From an uncultured virus (IMG/VR IMGVR_UViG_3300047554_000670) (taxonomy: Duplodnaviria; Heunggongvirae; Uroviricota; Caudoviricetes): a DNA stretch of 20,000 nt. The notes below the pieces were generated by a model. It saw nothing but the letters and a program-made list of their open reading frames with translations. It was not told where the DNA came from and did not search any database. The DNA lies in the IMG/VR virus record IMGVR_UViG_3300047554_000670, one strand, 5' to 3'. Numbering within the stretch: position 1 is the first letter of the stretch; the number at the start of each line of letters is the position of its first letter. This document shows, piece by piece, positions 15,955-20,000 of this stretch. The translations under genes were made by a program, and so were the position numbers.

Positions 15955-16130
15955 CCTGTATCCTCATATCACACATATCTTATGTACCCCATATCAGATG
16001 ACCCATATCCCGTATCATACGTATCCGATACCCTCATACCCTCATACCCTATGATTCCTTATCATACGTATCATAGGGTCTCATATCATTCATATCTTAG
16101 GGGTTTACGATACCGTACGTATCATATGGA
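15955..16130. repeat. Low-complexity CATA/TATC-rich repeat patch
   Basis: TATCATACGTATC at 16013 and 16060; ATACCCTC-like unit x3 from 16029; lies between convergent genes. Confidence 0.65.
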
Positions 16131-16177
16131 CGATAGGTTAGATATCAAGATTAATCTTTATTTAATTCTATTGAATA

Positions 16178-17389
16178 TCAATCTGTATTTAACTCTATCG
16201 GAGTAATATCAAACAAATATTCCAATATCTTATTCTCTATAAATGGATTTGTTAATCCTAACCAACCTACGATAATAACAGTGAGGGTCTTTATTGGCAA
16301 ATTGGTGCTGGCCCAAGAACACATTCTAAATAATGCATTAAGGTCTTTTAGTGGAGCCATCGTAATCTGTACATCCTCTATAGCGCCCTTCATATCCCTT
16401 ATATCCAATAGCACTGTATCTAATCGACTTACCACACTATCCTTGTCTTCAAATACTCGTTTCTGTAATCTAATAACATCACTCTCTAGATTATTAAGTA
16501 GTAATCGACTTCCTGAATCCTCTAATGAAGCTAATGCTGATTCTTTCGTTGCCTCTATATGGTCCAATCTAAGTTCACACAACACATAATTCAATGAGGT
16601 TGTCTTATCTCCTAAATAAGGTGTAAAGAAGAATTCTCCAACCTTCATAGGAACCTTACTACTACCTTTATAGAACTCTCTAAGCCTCATCATGTCACTC
16701 TTATCAAAACAAGGTAAGTCCCATACATAACCTTTATTGAGACCTAACGAAAAATTATACTCATATTTAGTTAATAGATGAGCATAAAATCTCCTATTAA
16801 ATTTGATAATTGACCCATCCAGCGTAGTGATGACCAAAGCATTAAAGCTACTTTCAAATAATCCTTCCAATAAATTCTTACTCTTCTTAATATCCTCATT
16901 TCTACAATAATGTTCTGTAATATTTCGTATCAACAACACATAATACTTGGCATTCATTGGATACCCATGTATGTATAGATATTGAGTGAGAGTACAAGAT
17001 GAAGGAGTTAAATCATTTATAGATATATTGTTATGGGTATAGGGGATATTACTTGTGCTATAGGGGTTTGAACTTGTGTTATTGGGAGTAACTAAGCTAT
17101 CAATTAACTCTTTGCTCGTATGAGATGTGACATCAATATTAAGTTGTATCTCTTTATGCACCACAGTCCTTTCATATATCGCATATAGAATAGGTTCTTT
17201 ATCTTCATCACTAAGAGATGATAAGTCGAAGGGTTCCTTAAGACGTTGAGGTAACAAAGACTGTATTTTCGTCAAATAACTCGGATTATAATACACAACT
17301 CTATATGCCGTATCTTCGGGGTCTTTATGAAGAACTAATATAGGGTCATCACTAGAGTCAATAAACTGATTAAGAAGGGACTTATGCAT
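16178..17389 (-). CDS. Tandem PAS-domain protein with C-terminal coiled coil and hydrophobic helix
   Basis: FIDSSDDPILVL...YRVVYYNPSY (PAS start), VLLIRNITE (PAS-terminal DIT-like motif), helical linker, LFESSFNALVITTLDGSIIKFNRRF (second PAS); ends IKTLTVIIVGWLGL. Confidence 0.75.
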   Translation of the reverse strand: MHKSLLNQFIDSSDDPILVLHKDPEDTAYRVVYYNPSYLTKIQSLLPQRLKEPFDLSSLSDEDKEPILYAIYERTVVHKEIQLNIDVTSHTSKELIDSLVTPNNTSSNPYSTSNIPYTHNNISINDLTPSSCTLTQYLYIHGYPMNAKYYVLLIRNITEHYCRNEDIKKSKNLLEGLFESSFNALVITTLDGSIIKFNRRFYAHLLTKYEYNFSLGLNKGYVWDLPCFDKSDMMRLREFYKGSSKVPMKVGEFFFTPYLGDKTTSLNYVLCELRLDHIEATKESALASLEDSGSRLLLNNLESDVIRLQKRVFEDKDSVVSRLDTVLLDIRDMKGAIEDVQITMAPLKDLNALFRMCSWASTNLPIKTLTVIIVGWLGLTNPFIENKILEYLFDITPIELNTD

Positions 17390-17603
17390 AAGATGTAGAT
17401 GTAGGGTGATGATATGAATATAAGAGGGTAATATGACTCTTATAGTAGGGATTTATATAATACTCTGATGATGTATGAATCTATTCTATCGAAAGAAAGT
17501 TTTATAGACTTTAGTTTAACTATGTATATATAGATGTATATAAACGTAGATATCTGTATGTATATGTATACATAGATTATCACGCATTTAAGGATGATTT
17601 CAG

Positions 17604-18202
17604 ATGTAACTTTTTCTAACATAGTGTTCTCTAATTTATACAAACAGTTGTACAAAAAACGTTACATATCAAAAAATGTTGCAGTTAAAAAATCATACTA
17701 GGGAATATTCATAGTTTGTAGACCTGCAACCGTTTTTGATCAAAAATGTTTCATCTATAGCTAAAATATTCCAAAAAACGTTGCATCCAGAATATGACAA
17801 AAAACGTTGTACCTTATATATTTCAAAAAAGGTTGTACCTAGAATAATCTAGAAAACGTTGCACTTTATATGCTAGATTTATAAAAATGACCTTAAATAC
17901 CGTGATAAGTTCTACTCCAATTGTACATTTTAGCTGCAAAAAAAATTTGCACAATTTCTCTTTCTATAGCAATAAATCCCAAAAAAATTTTGCAGGTATA
18001 TACTTTTTCGTCAAGATATCTTGAATCTATCTTAGTGTGTAACTTATTTGTGTGTAACTTTTTTTAGTAACGTCTTCTAGTGTTTATACAAACAGTTATA
18101 CAGAAAATGTTACTCTCCCTGATAATTTCTTAGTTTATTCATTTTTCATATTTTTATGACTAAAAATTTAAGTCTCATTTAATTATACAAAAAATGTTAC
18201 AT
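17604..18202. repeat. AT-rich iteron-like region, candidate replication origin
   Basis: More than 12 copies of (C)AAAAAA(C/T/G)GTT(G/A)(C/T)A in both orientations; four in tandem at an exact 26-bp period (17772, 17798, 17824, 17850). Confidence 0.75.
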
Positions 18203-18205
18203 TCA

Positions 18206-18214
18206 TGTTATACT
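18206..18214 (+). promoter_or_regulatory. Extended -10 promoter element (TGnTATACT) for the helicase-like gene
   Basis: TGTTATACT ~30 nt upstream of ATG 18244; a repeat box sits immediately upstream. Confidence 0.45.
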
Positions 18215-18243
18215 AAGAATGTACTTACAGAGAAATCTTATTC

Positions 18244-19938
18244 ATGTTTTATTCTGATTGTTTTAATTCTATCCCCGAAGGTATTGTTAATAAAAAGGTA
18301 TGTGGTTGTGGCATCACATCCTATGCATTAGAGAACGCATCTCCAATAATTCTCTGTGTTCCTACAGTAGAGATTATTCGCAACAAACTCTCTCAATACC
18401 CCAACGAAAGAAGAAAAGAAGAAATCCTTGGCATATATGAAGGAAAGAACAAACACAGTTATCAGATTGAATCCTACCTAGATAAGGTAGATGTTCCTAA
18501 AATCCTAGTTACTTATGATAGTCTCCACTACCTAACTCCCTATCTTAATATGTTTCATTTGGTGATTGATGAATTCAGCGAATTACTTGATTGTTATTCC
18601 TTTCGTTCTAATGCCATTAACAGTCTAGTAGAAATTATTAAAGCTAAACGTTATCAAAAGTTATCTTTAGTATCCGCAACACCTATATCCTCTGAATACC
18701 TCCCTGCTTATTTACAGGAGCTTCCTTATACAGAACTAGATTGGAAAGAAGATGATTTAATCAAAGTTAATGTTGTACCGATTCAAACTTCTCGTACAGT
18801 AACTTCAGTTCTAAATATTATTAAAAACTATAAGCGTGGTCTTGTTAAAGATTCTAATCAAGCATTTTTCTTTGTTAATTCCTTAAGCTTAATCACTAGT
18901 ATCTTAGAAAAGTCAGACCTTACTACTAATGATGTTCATGTTGTCTGTAGTAATACAAGAGCAAATAAAAATAGACTTGATTACTTCTCCATCTCAACTA
19001 CAACAGATGTAAATAATACTCCTCGGATGTTTAACTTCTTTACCTCTACAGCATTCAAAGGATGTGATATTTACAGTGAGTCAGGTATGAGTTATGTAAT
19101 TAGTAACAATACCAATATAAATACACTACTTACAATTGACACAGATATCTACCAGATTGCAGGACGTATCAGAACTCCCCATAACCCTCATCGTCACACC
19201 TTATACCATATTCATAATCAAAATCCACTTGCCTTAGCTAAGGAAGATGCTGATAACTTAAGAGACTCAATTAAACAAGAAACTTTAAGCTTAATAGCTG
19301 CATTCGATAAAGCCTCTCCAAAAGAACGGAAAGACCTTATTAATATTTACCTTAAAAGTAATATTGATAAGACCACATATAGTCTTATTGATAAAGAAAA
19401 TACAAAACTTATCTATGATGAATTAAAAGAATTATTAGATAAAAGAGTGTATGAGACCGTGATTAAGGTTTATCAATCAGGGTTGTCTTTAATAAAAACC
19501 TATGAGGATAATAACTACATTGTAAAAGAAACCATAAAGTCTAATGTTATTAGAGATGATTTCTCTACGGTGTTTAAGCTCTATTACCAAAATCCTAATT
19601 GTAATAATGAAGATATCTTTACTAGATTTCCCTTAATAGAAGAAGCTTGTACTAAATTAGGTTTGGAAAGATGTAAGACTCTTGCCTTTAGAAAAGATAG
19701 AATTACAGAAGAACTTTCTTTCGTCAATAACCAAGAAAGTATTAAGAACCTCTTGAGAAATAGGTTGAAAAAAGAATTCTATTCCTTAGCTGATATCAAA
19801 CTTCTACTAGGTAAGACCTATAAAGAACTTGGTATTAATAAAAAAGCTAAGGCTAAAGATATAGAGTTATTCTTACCCCTATCCGAAACAACACTTCAGA
19901 TTAAAGGTAAAAGAGTTAAAGGTTATAGAATTAAATAA
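18244..19938 (+). CDS. SF2 (DEAD/DEAH-like) helicase-domain protein, putative origin-binding/replication initiator
   Basis: Motif I-like KVCGCGITS, Ia CVPTVEII, II VIDEFS, III SATP, IV FFVNS, V TSTAFKGCD, VI QIAGRIR; basic C-terminal domain. Confidence 0.8.
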   Translation: MFYSDCFNSIPEGIVNKKVCGCGITSYALENASPIILCVPTVEIIRNKLSQYPNERRKEEILGIYEGKNKHSYQIESYLDKVDVPKILVTYDSLHYLTPYLNMFHLVIDEFSELLDCYSFRSNAINSLVEIIKAKRYQKLSLVSATPISSEYLPAYLQELPYTELDWKEDDLIKVNVVPIQTSRTVTSVLNIIKNYKRGLVKDSNQAFFFVNSLSLITSILEKSDLTTNDVHVVCSNTRANKNRLDYFSISTTTDVNNTPRMFNFFTSTAFKGCDIYSESGMSYVISNNTNINTLLTIDTDIYQIAGRIRTPHNPHRHTLYHIHNQNPLALAKEDADNLRDSIKQETLSLIAAFDKASPKERKDLINIYLKSNIDKTTYSLIDKENTKLIYDELKELLDKRVYETVIKVYQSGLSLIKTYEDNNYIVKETIKSNVIRDDFSTVFKLYYQNPNCNNEDIFTRFPLIEEACTKLGLERCKTLAFRKDRITEELSFVNNQESIKNLLRNRLKKEFYSLADIKLLLGKTYKELGINKKAKAKDIELFLPLSETTLQIKGKRVKGYRIK

Positions 19939-20000
19939 TACATATATATCTTCATATACCCTTATATCCAGATACACATATTCATACATATACATATACA

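Noticed and set aside
2313..16589. Plus-strand ORFs 2313, 3370, 5161, 6137, 7091, 9111, 10761 and 16281
   Set aside because: They are antisense shadows of better-supported minus-strand genes
16178..17389. LOV photoreceptor or histidine kinase call for the PAS protein
   Set aside because: No GRNCRFLQ motif, H-box or HATPase motifs are present
15982..17655. ORFs 15982..16206 and 17440..17655, and the N-terminal extension 15002-15118
   Set aside because: These are translations of low-complexity TA/CATA tracts (Y/I/H-biased)
17770..17875. Regularly spaced repeats as a CRISPR array
   Set aside because: The 26-bp period with ~12-nt AT-rich related spacers is too short, and no cas genes are in the window

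Overview
This window most likely comes from a large lytic phage of a cyanobacterium. That is an inference from a cyanobacterial-type cysS, a cyanobacterial-style boxA and heptamer repeats. Positions 1-14.7 kb form one minus-strand block of about 30 mostly small orphan ORFs, resembling an early or host-takeover region. The block includes a shortened cysteinyl-tRNA synthetase with an altered anticodon-contact residue, a catalytically dead AAA_21/ABC-ATPase fragment and an NLTPH-motif protein that may be a Crn4-like ring nuclease. It is headed by a ~450-nt hairpin-dense non-coding leader with a boxA-like element. It is punctuated by intrinsic terminators and by at least five intergenic stem-loops that share one architecture and show compensatory changes. 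A repeat and G-tract block at ~7.95-8.27 kb may mark a genome terminus. To the right are a terminase-small-subunit-like gene (+), a tandem-PAS protein ending in a coiled coil and hydrophobic helix with no catalytic output (-), an AT-rich iteron-like region with 26-bp-period repeats, and an SF2 helicase-like gene that may be a replication initiator (+). No database searches were run; all family calls come from recognising motifs by eye.
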